Of a stretch of DNA of 26,000 bases, positions 1-8,866 are shown piece by piece. The first letter of the stretch is position 1; each line of letters begins with the position of its first letter. The DNA is taken from the NCBI GenBank assembly GCA_037133055.1, contig JBAXOY010000036.1, forward strand, positions 1 to 26,000, given 5' to 3'. A program made the position numbers and the translations under genes. Below the pieces are notes generated by a model. The model ran no database searches. It was not told the origin of the DNA and saw nothing but the letters and a program-made list of their open reading frames with translations. This DNA comes from Chlamydiota bacterium. Its GTDB lineage: Bacteria > Auribacterota > Tritonobacteria > UBA1439.

Positions 1-1
1 C

Positions 2-682
2 GAAATCAACGCCTACCACGGCGACTGCGAGTACCATATCCTCGGCTACTTCATCGACCACCGCGACGCGCGCCTGGCCGTCGCCCTCGCGGAACTCAGG
101 GATGCCAGGGTCACGCGCATGCGCCTGATCGTCTCGAAACTCGGGGAACTCGGCATGGAGGTGAGCCCCGGGGAGGTCCTCGCCGTCTCCGGGGACGGCT
201 CCGTCGGCAGGCCCCACATCGCCAGGGTGATGGTCAATAAGGGCCACGTTTCCTCGATGCGGGAGGCGTTCGACCGCTTCATCGCAGAGGGGAAGCCCGC
301 CTATGCGCCGCGATCGAAGCTCACCCCCGCCGAGGCGATCGCGCTCATCAAGGCGGCCGGCGGGCTCGCGGTCCTGGCACACCCGGGGCTCTGGAGAGGC
401 GACGAGCTGATTCCCCAGCTCGCCGCATGGGGGATCGTCGGCCTCGAGGTGTACACCCCTGATCACACCGGCGAGCAGGTCGGCCGCTACCGCCGGTTCG
501 CCAAAGAGCTCGGGCTTATCGCCACGGGCGGCAGCGATTTCCACGGGTGGAACACCTCCTCCGGATGCACGTTCGGCGTCGGACGGACGCCCCCCGGGGA
601 GTTCGCCCGCCTCCTGGAACTCGCCGGGGTAAGGCCCGAGCTATGGACTGCGCGGCAACCCGCCTCGCGCGGGGACGGGTGA
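2..682 (+). CDS. PHP-domain metal-dependent phosphoesterase (TrpH/YciV-like), 5'-truncated by window edge
   Basis: Frame is open from position 2 (EINAYHGDCEYHILGYFID...) into ORF 119..682. Motifs HILGY, GRPHIA, VLAHPG, GLEVY and TGGSDFHG are typical of this PHP family. Confidence 0.88.
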   Translation, partial: EINAYHGDCEYHILGYFIDHRDARLAVALAELRDARVTRMRLIVSKLGELGMEVSPGEVLAVSGDGSVGRPHIARVMVNKGHVSSMREAFDRFIAEGKPAYAPRSKLTPAEAIALIKAAGGLAVLAHPGLWRGDELIPQLAAWGIVGLEVYTPDHTGEQVGRYRRFAKELGLIATGGSDFHGWNTSSGCTFGVGRTPPGEFARLLELAGVRPELWTARQPASRGDG

Positions 683-685
683 GGC

Positions 686-701
686 TGGGAGCCTGTCCGA
701 G
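686..701 (+). repeat. 16-bp intergenic dispersed repeat TGGGAGCCTGTCCGAG, copy 1
   Basis: Identical to 11531-11546; both copies are intergenic. Confidence 0.6.
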
Positions 702-752
702 TAATGGGCGACGGCGCGCCGCCTGCCGCGGCGGAACGGGGAGGGAATCGTC

Positions 753-1874
753 ATGGCATCGAAAGTCTTTTTCACGGATCTGCGGGCGAAGGCCGGGAAC
801 TCGCTCCTCGCGAAGACCGCCCGCCTTTTCGACCTCGTCGGGTTCGGAGACCTCCTGCGGAAGGGGGACAAGGTCGCGGTCAAGCTCCATTGGGGCGAGT
901 GGGGCAATGTCGCCTTCCTTCCCCCGCCGTTCGCCCGCTGCCTGGTCGACAAGGTGCTGTCGGCGGGGGGCAAGCCCTTCCTTACCGACACGAATACCCT
1001 CTACTCGGGGGGACGGCGCAACGCGATCGACCATGTCCTCACCGCCCTCAAGAACGGCTTCTCCGTCGCCTCCGCGGGGGCGCCGATCATCATCGCCGAC
1101 GGCCTCACCGGCGGCGACTCGGTCGAGGTGGCGGCGAAGGGGAAACATGTCTCGCGCGTGCGGGTGGCGGGGGCGATCTACCACGCGGACGCGGTCCTCT
1201 CCCTCGCTCACTTCAAGGGGCACGAACTCTTCGGCTTCGGCGGCGCGCTGAAAAACATCGCCATGGGCTGCACGACCCCCGCGGGGAAACAGTTTCTCCA
1301 CTCCGACGTGAAGCCCCGGGTCGACCAGGGCCTCTGCGTCGCCTGCGGGACGTGCATCCGCTCCTGCGCCGCCGGGGCGATCAGCGCGGGCGGAGAAGGA
1401 AAGGCGAAGATCGACGCGCGTACATGCGTCGGCTGCGGCGAGTGCGTCGCGGCGTGCCCGGCCGGCGCCATCCCCATCAACTGGAAGACCGCCTCCGAGC
1501 CCCTGATGGAGAAGTCCGCCGAGTACGCGAAGGCGATCCTCGCGAACAAGTGCGGGCGCGCGGCCTTCTTCAACTTTTTGATGCGCATGTCGCCGGACTG
1601 CGACTGCTACGACTGGAACGACGCCCCGTTCGTCGCCGACATCGGCATACTCGCGTCGCGCGACCCCGTGGCCGTCGACCAGGCCTCCGCCGACCTCGTG
1701 AACTCGGGGCAGGTGCTCGCCACATCACGGCTGAAGGGAGCGGCCCCCGGCGGGGATGCGATCGCGGCGGCGACGGGGGTCAAGGGGTGGCGCAGGATAC
1801 TCCACTACGCCGAGGAGATCGGGCTGGGCTCGCGGGAGTACGAACTCGTGAAGACGGACCGGGAGGCTTCATGA
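753..1874 (+). CDS. DUF362 domain protein with 2x[4Fe-4S] ferredoxin insert
   Basis: Motifs VAVKLHWGE, TDTNTLY, HFKGH..GFGGALKNIAMG and SPDCDC; two CxxCxxCxxxC clusters (CVACGTCIRSC, CVGCGECVAACP); GGGAGG RBS upstream. Confidence 0.88.
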   Translation: MASKVFFTDLRAKAGNSLLAKTARLFDLVGFGDLLRKGDKVAVKLHWGEWGNVAFLPPPFARCLVDKVLSAGGKPFLTDTNTLYSGGRRNAIDHVLTALKNGFSVASAGAPIIIADGLTGGDSVEVAAKGKHVSRVRVAGAIYHADAVLSLAHFKGHELFGFGGALKNIAMGCTTPAGKQFLHSDVKPRVDQGLCVACGTCIRSCAAGAISAGGEGKAKIDARTCVGCGECVAACPAGAIPINWKTASEPLMEKSAEYAKAILANKCGRAAFFNFLMRMSPDCDCYDWNDAPFVADIGILASRDPVAVDQASADLVNSGQVLATSRLKGAAPGGDAIAAATGVKGWRRILHYAEEIGLGSREYELVKTDREAS

Positions 1875-2227
1875 AACAGAAAGCCGGACAACTTCTGTTC
1901 ACGGTCGCGGGGAGCTTCGACGCCGCCCACCGCCTCCGCTTCTCCGGGACCCCCTGCGAGAAGCTCCACGGCCACGGGTGGAGGATCGAGGCGTCCTTCA
2001 CGGGCCCACTCGGCAGGGACGGCATCGTACGCGATTTCGTCGAGCTCGAGCGGGAACTTAACGTGCGCGTGATCCCGGCGCTCGACCACACGGACCTGAA
2101 CGACCTGTTCGAGAAGCCGACCACCGAGCTCATCTGCCGGTGGATATGGGACCGGCTCGCCCCGCTCGGGGTCGTCGAAGTGCGGCTCTGGGAAACGCCG
2201 AACTACTCGGTGACATACCGGGGGTAG
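1871..2227 (+). CDS. queD: 6-carboxy-5,6,7,8-tetrahydropterin synthase (QueD/PTPS family)
   Basis: Last 118 aa of ORF 704..2227, with FDAAHRL, CEKLHGH (CxxxHGH), LDHTDLND, PTTE and VRLWETP. ATG at 1871 follows a GGGAGG RBS and overlaps the upstream stop (ATGA). Confidence 0.9.
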   Translation: MKQKAGQLLFTVAGSFDAAHRLRFSGTPCEKLHGHGWRIEASFTGPLGRDGIVRDFVELERELNVRVIPALDHTDLNDLFEKPTTELICRWIWDRLAPLGVVEVRLWETPNYSVTYRG

Positions 2228-2271
2228 ACGAAATAGAAGCGTTAACGCCGGGCTACAGTAAAGTGACCTTC

Positions 2272-3441
2272 ATGAGAATAGAGTTCCGTTGTTCTCTTAT
2301 TTTCGCCGCGATCTGCGGCGTTCTTCTCGCATCGTCCCCCGCGCGCGCCGTGGACGGCGAGTCCGCCGACGCCTACCTGCGGCGGATCAAGACGCTCGCC
2401 GGACACGTCGCCAACGGCACCATGGAGACGCGGAGGACCACCGCCGCGCTGCTCCGGACAATGGGGGAGCCGGTGCTCCAGTACCTCGAATCAGAGCTGA
2501 AGGCCCCCGAGCCCGACCGGCGCGCCCGGGCCGCCCTCGTGCTCGGCGAGATCGGCGCGCCCGCCGTCCACGCTCCCCTCCGCGGGGCGCTTAAAGACCC
2601 GGAGGGGAGCGTGCGCGCGCAGGCGGTCGCGGCGATAGGCAAGCTCGGGACGAAAGAATCGGCCGCCGAGATCGCCCCGCTCCTCGACGACCGCGACGAG
2701 GCGGTGCGGGCCGAGTCCGCGCGCGTGCTGGGCGAGCTCCATGCCGCCCGCTACGCGCCGAAGATCGAGCGGCTCCTGTTCGACCCTTCGGAAAAGGTCA
2801 GGATCAGCGCCCTCGCTGCGGCGGGGAACCTCAGGGACATGGCCGCCGTCCCCGCGGCCGCGCGCGCCCTCGACTCTCCCTCCGCCCCGGTCAGGAACAA
2901 CGCGGTCATCGCACTCGGCAAAATCGGCGACCGCTCCTCCCTCCCGCAGATCAGGAAGGCGCTCGACGACGCCGACCAGTGGGTCCGGAGCTCCGCCGCC
3001 GCAGCACTCGGAGAGATGCGGGACGGCGAGGCGGCGCCCCTCCTCGAGAAGGCCGCCGGCGACGAGAGCGCCTGCGTGCGGGGAACCGCCGCCTCGGCGC
3101 TCGGGGACCTCGGGGCCGAGCGGTCGATCCCCGCCCTCTGCGCCCTTCTCTCCGACCCGCGCCCAAGCGGCTTCGCCCTGCTCGGCCCCTATCGCCGGAC
3201 CGAGGTCAGGGACGAGGCCGCGGAGGCGCTCGGGAAGATCACCGGCGATCCGCGCGGCTTTTCAAAGGCTGCCGATCCGGCGGCGAGAGAAGAGGCGCTC
3301 CAGCGGTGGCGGGACTGGTGCGAGAAACGGGTGGGGACGCCCGTGCCAAAATCCCAAATCCCGAATCCCAAATCCCAAAACGATGCGGAGGGGACGACGA
3401 TGCCCGCGCCGGAATCCCCTTCCCCGCGCAGCGGGGATTAA
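2272..3441 (+). CDS. Exported HEAT/PBS-lyase-like repeat protein
   Basis: About 8 repeats of ~31 aa (L.D....VR..AA.ALG.IG). The N-terminus MRIEFRCSLIFAAICGVLLASSPARA looks like a Sec signal peptide (ARA site). Start at ATG 2272 was chosen to avoid overlap with queD. Confidence 0.8.
   Translation: MRIEFRCSLIFAAICGVLLASSPARAVDGESADAYLRRIKTLAGHVANGTMETRRTTAALLRTMGEPVLQYLESELKAPEPDRRARAALVLGEIGAPAVHAPLRGALKDPEGSVRAQAVAAIGKLGTKESAAEIAPLLDDRDEAVRAESARVLGELHAARYAPKIERLLFDPSEKVRISALAAAGNLRDMAAVPAAARALDSPSAPVRNNAVIALGKIGDRSSLPQIRKALDDADQWVRSSAAAALGEMRDGEAAPLLEKAAGDESACVRGTAASALGDLGAERSIPALCALLSDPRPSGFALLGPYRRTEVRDEAAEALGKITGDPRGFSKAADPAAREEALQRWRDWCEKRVGTPVPKSQIPNPKSQNDAEGTTMPAPESPSPRSGD
3349..3376 (+). 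repeat. Heptamer tandem repeat (A/G)AATCCC x4 inside the 3' end of the HEAT gene
   Basis: Sequence reads aaatccc aaatccc gaatccc aaatccc and translates as KSQIPNPKSQ. Confidence 0.85.
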
Positions 3442-3490
3442 GTAGTATATGCCCTGGCCGCCGGGCGCGGCGATCGACAGGAGGAATGCC

Positions 3491-4819
3491 ATGGCACGCA
3501 CGAAAGCCGAAGTGCTCAAGCTCGTGAAAGAGCACAACGTCCGCTTCATCAGGCTCTGGTTCACCGACGTCCTGGGCCGCCTCAAGGGATTCTCCATCAC
3601 CCGCTCCGAGCTCGCGGAAGCGCTCGACACCGGGATGGGATTCGACGGGTCCTCGATCGAGGGGTTCGCGCGCATCGAGGAGAGCGACATGATCGCGATG
3701 CCCGACCCGAACACCTTCTGCCTCCTTCCGTGGAGGCCGAAAGAGGAGGGCTGCGAGGCCCGCATGTTCTGCGACATCCTCACGCCGGACGGGAGCCCCT
3801 ACGAGGGCGACCCACGCTACGCCCTGAAGCGCGCCCTGAAGCGCGCCGCCGACATGGGATTCACCTACATGGTGGGCCCGGAGCTGGAGTTTTTCTACTT
3901 CAAGGACGACCAGGCGACGGACGTCCTCGATAAATGCGGCTATTTCGACATGGTCCCGATCGATCTCGGCACCGATCTCCGCCGGGAAACGATCCAGATC
4001 CTCGAGGATATCGGCATCCAGGTCGAATACGACCACCATGAGGTCGCCCCGAGCCAGCACGAGATCGATCTGCGCTACACCGACGCGCTCACGATGGCCG
4101 ACAACGCCATGACCTACCGCATGGTGGTCAAGCAGGTCGCCCAGAAGCACGGGGTCTACGCCACGTTCATGCCCAAGCCGATCGAGGGGCAGAACGGGAG
4201 CGGCATGCACGTCCACCAGTCGCTCTGCAAGGGCGAGCGGAACGCCTTCTTCGACGCGAAGGACCCGTACCACCTCTCCGCCGTCGCCAAGTCGTTCACC
4301 GCCGGCATCCTCGCGCACGCGAAAGAGTTCTGCGTGGTGACGAACCAGTGGATCAACTCGTACAAGCGGCTCGTCCCCGGCTACGAGGCCCCGGTCTACA
4401 TCTCGTGGGCGCAGCGCAACCGGTCGACGATGGTGCGCGTGCCGATGTACAAGCCGGGGAAGGAGCGGGCGACGAGGATCGAGTTCAGGGCGCCGGACCC
4501 CGCCTGCAACCCGTACCTCGCCTTCGCCGCGATGCTCGCCGCGGGGCTCGATGGGATCCAGAAGAAGTACACGATCCCCGCGCCGATGGAAGAGGATATC
4601 TTCGAGTTCAGCGAGCAGGAGCGCGACAAGGCGGGGATCAAGACGCTGCCGGGGAGCCTCTACGCCGCGATCGTCGAGGCCGAAAAGAGCCCGCTCCTCA
4701 AGACCGCGCTCGGGGACCACATCTTCCACAAGCTCCTCGAGAACAAGAAGATCGAGTGGGACCGGTACCGGATCCACGTCTCCCAGTACGAGATCGACAA
4801 GTACCTGGCGATCCTGTAG
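3491..4819 (+). CDS. glnA: Glutamine synthetase type I (GSI-alpha-like length, 442 aa)
   Basis: Motifs FDGSSIEGFARIEESDM, GPELEFF, HHEVAPSQHEI, TFMPKP...NGSGMHVH, NSYKRLVPGYEAP and RIEFRAPDPACNPYL; AGGAGGA RBS before ATG 3491. Confidence 0.96.
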   Translation: MARTKAEVLKLVKEHNVRFIRLWFTDVLGRLKGFSITRSELAEALDTGMGFDGSSIEGFARIEESDMIAMPDPNTFCLLPWRPKEEGCEARMFCDILTPDGSPYEGDPRYALKRALKRAADMGFTYMVGPELEFFYFKDDQATDVLDKCGYFDMVPIDLGTDLRRETIQILEDIGIQVEYDHHEVAPSQHEIDLRYTDALTMADNAMTYRMVVKQVAQKHGVYATFMPKPIEGQNGSGMHVHQSLCKGERNAFFDAKDPYHLSAVAKSFTAGILAHAKEFCVVTNQWINSYKRLVPGYEAPVYISWAQRNRSTMVRVPMYKPGKERATRIEFRAPDPACNPYLAFAAMLAAGLDGIQKKYTIPAPMEEDIFEFSEQERDKAGIKTLPGSLYAAIVEAEKSPLLKTALGDHIFHKLLENKKIEWDRYRIHVSQYEIDKYLAIL

Positions 4820-4858
4820 TATCGCGCACGGAATCCATACCCCCGGCCCAGATTCGCC

Positions 4859-6103
4859 TCATTGCGAGGGAGTCCCGCCTCTCATCCCGCGCAACGCCGC
4901 ATACACCGCCCACGATGCCGCCGCGCTGAGCGCCGGGTAGAACGGCCTCATCTCCTCTCCCCATGCCGCGAGGGCAAGGACCTCCGCGCCCGCGCACACG
5001 CAGAGCGCCGCGGCAAGAGCTCCCCACTTCAGCCACGCCCGGCCGCCCCGCCTGAAGGCGCCCCGCGCGATGAACGGGAACAAGGCCGCGAGCGCGAACT
5101 CGAGGAGGGCCGTGAGGCGCGACCGCCGGAGGTAATTTCCTCCCATAAGGGCATCGGCCGCATCCGCGTTGAGAACGACCGTGGGCGCGGAGGCCGGGAG
5201 CCGTCCGCGCACCCGCGCGGGCACGGGCGCCTCGCACTCCCCGATGAGGACGATCTTTCCCGCCCACTGCCCCGGTTCGGAGTTCCCGAGGAGCACGTCC
5301 GAGGCGGGGATGATCCCCGGCCTTTCGGCCCCGGCGGACGGGCGGAGGCGGAGCATCCCCCTCGCATCGGTGGGGATCAGCCGCCCGTCGAGCTCAACCC
5401 CATCCGCGGAATCGCCCTTGAGGCGCAGCGTCACCCGCTCCGCGTTCAGCGACGCCGACGCGAGCGCAAGCGCGAAGCCCTCGAGATAGCCGTCCCCCTC
5501 CGTGCACACGAGCGGGGCCTTCCGCGCAAGTTCTTCCCCGCGGGAGAACGGGTTCAGGAACCCTGCCCCGGCCGCGGCGCTCGACAGGGAGGCGTCCGCG
5601 CATTCCACGCCCGCCGCCGACGGCATCCGGTACCCTCGCGCCTTCCCCCATGGATTCGTGACGTACCGGATCCGCGATTGAGCGGGAATGGACGGCCCGG
5701 CGGGGGAGGAGCTTTTCCCGGGGGCGAGGGTATACCCGACCACGACGGATTTCGCGGCCCGCACGGCATCGGCGAGCGCGTGTCCCCCCCCCGACGACGC
5801 GGGGCACGACGCCACGCCGATTGCGCGCGGGTTCCCGCGGGAAATCAATTCGACAAGCCGCCCCGCCGTTTCGTCCGGCCACGGCCACGGCCCGACCTCG
5901 CGGCGGCTCTTCTCGTCCGCGGCCACGATGACGCACGCGGATTCCGAACGCACGGGGAGCACGAGGCCGAGGATGACGTCCTGCGCGCCCTCATCCCACC
6001 GGCTCAGGAAGGGCGGATCGACGACGGCAAGAGCGGCCATGCAGGCGGCGAGCAGGCACGCCCCCGTGAGGCCCGCGCGGCTGCTTCCGTTATCCCTCCC
6101 CAT
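4859..6103 (-). CDS. CHASE2-domain membrane protein with no cytoplasmic output domain
   Basis: N-terminal TM helix, then VIVAADEKS..GPWPWP, IPTDARGML and GKIVLIG motifs, then three C-terminal TM helices and a stop. Start is ATG 6103 (GGAGG/GGAG upstream) or 6118. Confidence 0.75.
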   Translation of the reverse strand: MGRDNGSSRAGLTGACLLAACMAALAVVDPPFLSRWDEGAQDVILGLVLPVRSESACVIVAADEKSRREVGPWPWPDETAGRLVELISRGNPRAIGVASCPASSGGGHALADAVRAAKSVVVGYTLAPGKSSSPAGPSIPAQSRIRYVTNPWGKARGYRMPSAAGVECADASLSSAAAGAGFLNPFSRGEELARKAPLVCTEGDGYLEGFALALASASLNAERVTLRLKGDSADGVELDGRLIPTDARGMLRLRPSAGAERPGIIPASDVLLGNSEPGQWAGKIVLIGECEAPVPARVRGRLPASAPTVVLNADAADALMGGNYLRRSRLTALLEFALAALFPFIARGAFRRGGRAWLKWGALAAALCVCAGAEVLALAAWGEEMRPFYPALSAAASWAVYAALRGMRGGTPSQ

Positions 6104-6150
6104 CTCCAGCCCTCCCATGACCTCAAAACGCCCGCCAGGGTGTTAACTAT

Positions 6151-7038
6151 TTAGGCGCGGGGGTGAAACTTGCGGTGGATCCCCTTCAGCCTGTCCCGGT
6201 CGATATGGGTGTAGGTCTGGGTCGTGGCGATGTCGGCGTGCCCGAGCATCTCCTGAACGACCCGCAGGTCGGCCCCGCGGGAGAGGAGGTGCGTGGCGAA
6301 TGAATGCCGCAGCGTGTGCGGGGCGACCTCTTTCTTTATCTCCGCCTCGCGCGCGTACTGTTTGACGATCTGCCATATCCCCTGGCGGGTGAACGGCTTT
6401 CCGTGGTGCGTGAGAAAGAGGATGCCGGGCGACCCCGGGCGGGCGAACTTCGGCCGCGTCTCCGCGAGGTAGCTTTTCACGGCCCTCCGCGCCTCCTTCC
6501 CGAGAGGCACGATCCGCTCCTTCGACCCCTTGCCCATGCACCGGATGTACCCAACCCCGAGGTTCACGTCATCGGTTTTCAGGCCTGCGACCTCCGAGAC
6601 CCTGACGCCGGTCGCGTACATGAGTTCCAGCATCGCGCGGTCGCGCCGCCCGAGGTGCGTGCCCGCCCGCGGCGCGGCGAGAAACCGGTCCACCTCTTCG
6701 ACCGACATGACATCCGGGAGATGCTTCCAGACCTTCGGGCTCTCGATCACGTCGGTGATATCGGCCCGCACGAAGCGGTTCAACGCAAGGAAGCGGAAGA
6801 AGACCTTGAGCGCGGCGAGGAACCGTGAGAGCGACGCGCCGGAAAGCCCCCGCGCCTTTTCCGCCATAAGGTGAGCCCCGATCATCTCGCGCGTCGCGTC
6901 GTCGAGCGACCGGACCCGCCGTTTTTCAAGGAATCCGATCATCCCCAGAAGATCCCGGCGGTAGGCGGAAATCGTCAGGGGGGAAAGGCCCCGCTCAACG
7001 GTGAGGTAGTTCAGAAATTCGTCGAGGAGCACGCGCAT
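6151..7038 (-). CDS. xerD: Site-specific tyrosine recombinase XerD
   Basis: Motifs ERGLSPLTISAYRRDL, RDRAMLELMYATGVRVSE, GKGSKERIVP, PHTLRHSFATHLL and GADLRVVQEMLGHADIATTQTYTH; R-H-R-H-Y catalytic residues intact; 295 aa. Confidence 0.92.
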   Translation of the reverse strand: MRVLLDEFLNYLTVERGLSPLTISAYRRDLLGMIGFLEKRRVRSLDDATREMIGAHLMAEKARGLSGASLSRFLAALKVFFRFLALNRFVRADITDVIESPKVWKHLPDVMSVEEVDRFLAAPRAGTHLGRRDRAMLELMYATGVRVSEVAGLKTDDVNLGVGYIRCMGKGSKERIVPLGKEARRAVKSYLAETRPKFARPGSPGILFLTHHGKPFTRQGIWQIVKQYAREAEIKKEVAPHTLRHSFATHLLSRGADLRVVQEMLGHADIATTQTYTHIDRDRLKGIHRKFHPRA

Positions 7039-7047
7039 GGCGGACCG

Positions 7048-7701
7048 TCAGTTCCGGAAAAACGGGTTGGACGCCCTTTCCCGCGCGAGGGTCGTCTCGG
7101 GCCCGTGCCCGGGAAGGATGCGCGTGTCGTCCGGGAGCATGAGTATCTTCTTCCCGATCGATGCCATGAGCGCGTCGTAGGAGCCCCCGGGGAGATCGGT
7201 CCTCCCGACCGAGCCGGCGAAAACCGTGTCGCCGCTGAGCAGGATCGGGGGGGGGGCGCCCTCGTACAGGAGGCAGATGCCCCCCGGCGAATGACCGGGC
7301 GTATGAAGGACCCTGAGTGTGAGCGTGCCGATCGAGAGCTCGTCGCCGTCCTCGATCAGTCTGTCGGGCGGGGGAGAAGGCTCGAAGGCGAACCCGATCA
7401 GCTTCATCAGCGGCCCCGCCTGCGAGAGCATCGCCGCCTCGCCCCGGTGCATCCAGATGGGGATCCCGTAACGGATCTTGAGGGCGGCATTCGCGTCGGC
7501 GTGGTCGGGATGGGCGTGGGTATTGATGATGCAGCGGGGGAGAAGGCCGTTCCGGCGGACATACTCGATGATCCGGTCCGCGTCCCCCCCCGGGTCGACG
7601 ACCGCCGCATCGGCGGTCTCGGGACACGCCACGACGTAGCAGTTGGCCTGGAGGGGACCGACGACGAGTCTGTGCGCGAACGATCGGGGCATGGTTTTCA
7701 T
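7048..7701 (-). CDS. MBL-fold metallo-hydrolase (glyoxalase II/YcbL-GloC-like)
   Basis: Motifs THAHPDH (HxHxDH), HTPGHSPG, SGDTVFAGSVGRTDLPGG and PGHGPETT. Start is ATG 7701 or 7692. Confidence 0.9.
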   Translation of the reverse strand: MKTMPRSFAHRLVVGPLQANCYVVACPETADAAVVDPGGDADRIIEYVRRNGLLPRCIINTHAHPDHADANAALKIRYGIPIWMHRGEAAMLSQAGPLMKLIGFAFEPSPPPDRLIEDGDELSIGTLTLRVLHTPGHSPGGICLLYEGAPPPILLSGDTVFAGSVGRTDLPGGSYDALMASIGKKILMLPDDTRILPGHGPETTLARERASNPFFRN

Positions 7702-7812
7702 CGCTTGTCCGGACCGTATCCTACCATAAATCTCCTCCCGATTTCGTAGAGGGGGATCAGGGGCGCCGGGAACGCACGTGCACATCATGGACCGGCGGGG
7801 ATGCGGGCGCTG

Positions 7813-8859
7813 TCATCGGTCCGCCGGCCGCGCACGGCGCAGCATGGGAGCCATGAGGATGACGAGGGCGAGGGCGCCGAGCGCGTAGCCGAAGACCTGG
7901 GTGATCACGTGCGCGGAAACGCCCGAGAGTATCGCGAGGTTCCGCGGGTACCCGAGAAGATAAAACGCTCCCGCCCAGACCCCCTCGTACACGCCGAAGC
8001 CGCCGATACCGCTCACGGGGGTGCTCGCGGACAGCTCGGCGAGCGACGCCCCGACGAACACCGGCCAGTACCCGATCGCGCGGAGGGTGTAGACCGACGG
8101 ATCGATCGGGTTCAGCACCGCGTAGACGAGAAACGCGATGCAGCCGTACTTGAGCGCCCTGACCAGAAAGGAGAGCCCGAGGGCGCGCCAGAAGACCCCG
8201 CCGCGGCGCATCTCCTCTATGCTCTCCGCGGTGCGCGCAAGGGCTTCCCTCAACGCGGCCCGCCTCCCTCGCAGGGGGCACAACCGCCCCGCGATCCGCC
8301 CCGCCCCGCGCGTCAGGGCGGGCAGAAACCAGAGCGCCGCGGTGGTGGCGAGAAAAAAGAGCGCCGCAACCGGGAGGAGGACTCCCGGGGAAATCCCGAG
8401 CCTCCCGCCTCCCACCGCCCATATCCCGACGGCCATGAGCGGGACCATCACGACCATGTCCAGGACGAAGGCGACCGCCCAGATCGAGGTCCCGATCTCC
8501 ACGGGGAAGCCGAATCGCGTCCGCAGCAGTACAATGTACACTGTCGAGCCGATCCGCGCGGGAAGGAGATCGGAGAAAAGGTTCCGCACCAGGGTCACCA
8601 GGAACATCTCCCCCCTGCCGATGGGGAGCGTGGTGCCCGTCCCGCGCATGAGGACGAGGTACCGCTCGTTCCGGAGCGCCGTCGAGAGGAGACTCGCCGC
8701 CATGTAGGCGAGGAGCCCCGGGACAGAGGCGTTCCGCACCGCGCGGGCGATCGTCGACGGGCTCACCACCGTCAGAAGATAGCCGATCACCCCGCAGCTC
8801 ACGGCCGCCGAGGCCGCGATATACCAGATCTGTCGCTTCCTGAATAGTACGTCATCCAT
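7813..8859 (-). CDS. Lysylphosphatidylglycerol-synthase TM domain / flippase-like membrane protein (UPF0104/YbhN-like)
   Basis: Multi-TM protein with LRNERYLVLM, NLFSDLLPARIG and PVSGIGGFGVYEG motifs typical of this family. Confidence 0.78.
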   Translation of the reverse strand: MDDVLFRKRQIWYIAASAAVSCGVIGYLLTVVSPSTIARAVRNASVPGLLAYMAASLLSTALRNERYLVLMRGTGTTLPIGRGEMFLVTLVRNLFSDLLPARIGSTVYIVLLRTRFGFPVEIGTSIWAVAFVLDMVVMVPLMAVGIWAVGGGRLGISPGVLLPVAALFFLATTAALWFLPALTRGAGRIAGRLCPLRGRRAALREALARTAESIEEMRRGGVFWRALGLSFLVRALKYGCIAFLVYAVLNPIDPSVYTLRAIGYWPVFVGASLAELSASTPVSGIGGFGVYEGVWAGAFYLLGYPRNLAILSGVSAHVITQVFGYALGALALVILMAPMLRRARPADR

Positions 8860-8866
8860 CCGCGAT

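Noticed and set aside
704..1870. N-terminal ~390 aa of the 507-aa ORF 704..2227 as a QueD fusion
   Set aside because: Arg/Gly/Pro-rich off-frame shadow of the DUF362 gene; QueD has its own RBS and ATG at 1871.
3239..4777. 512-aa minus-strand ORF
   Set aside because: Antisense shadow of glnA; long stop-free antisense frames are expected with high-GC codon bias, and it shows no motifs.
6151..7038. Tyrosine recombinase as a prophage or island integrase
   Set aside because: Length and motifs match housekeeping XerD; it is flanked by core genes with no phage or att features nearby.
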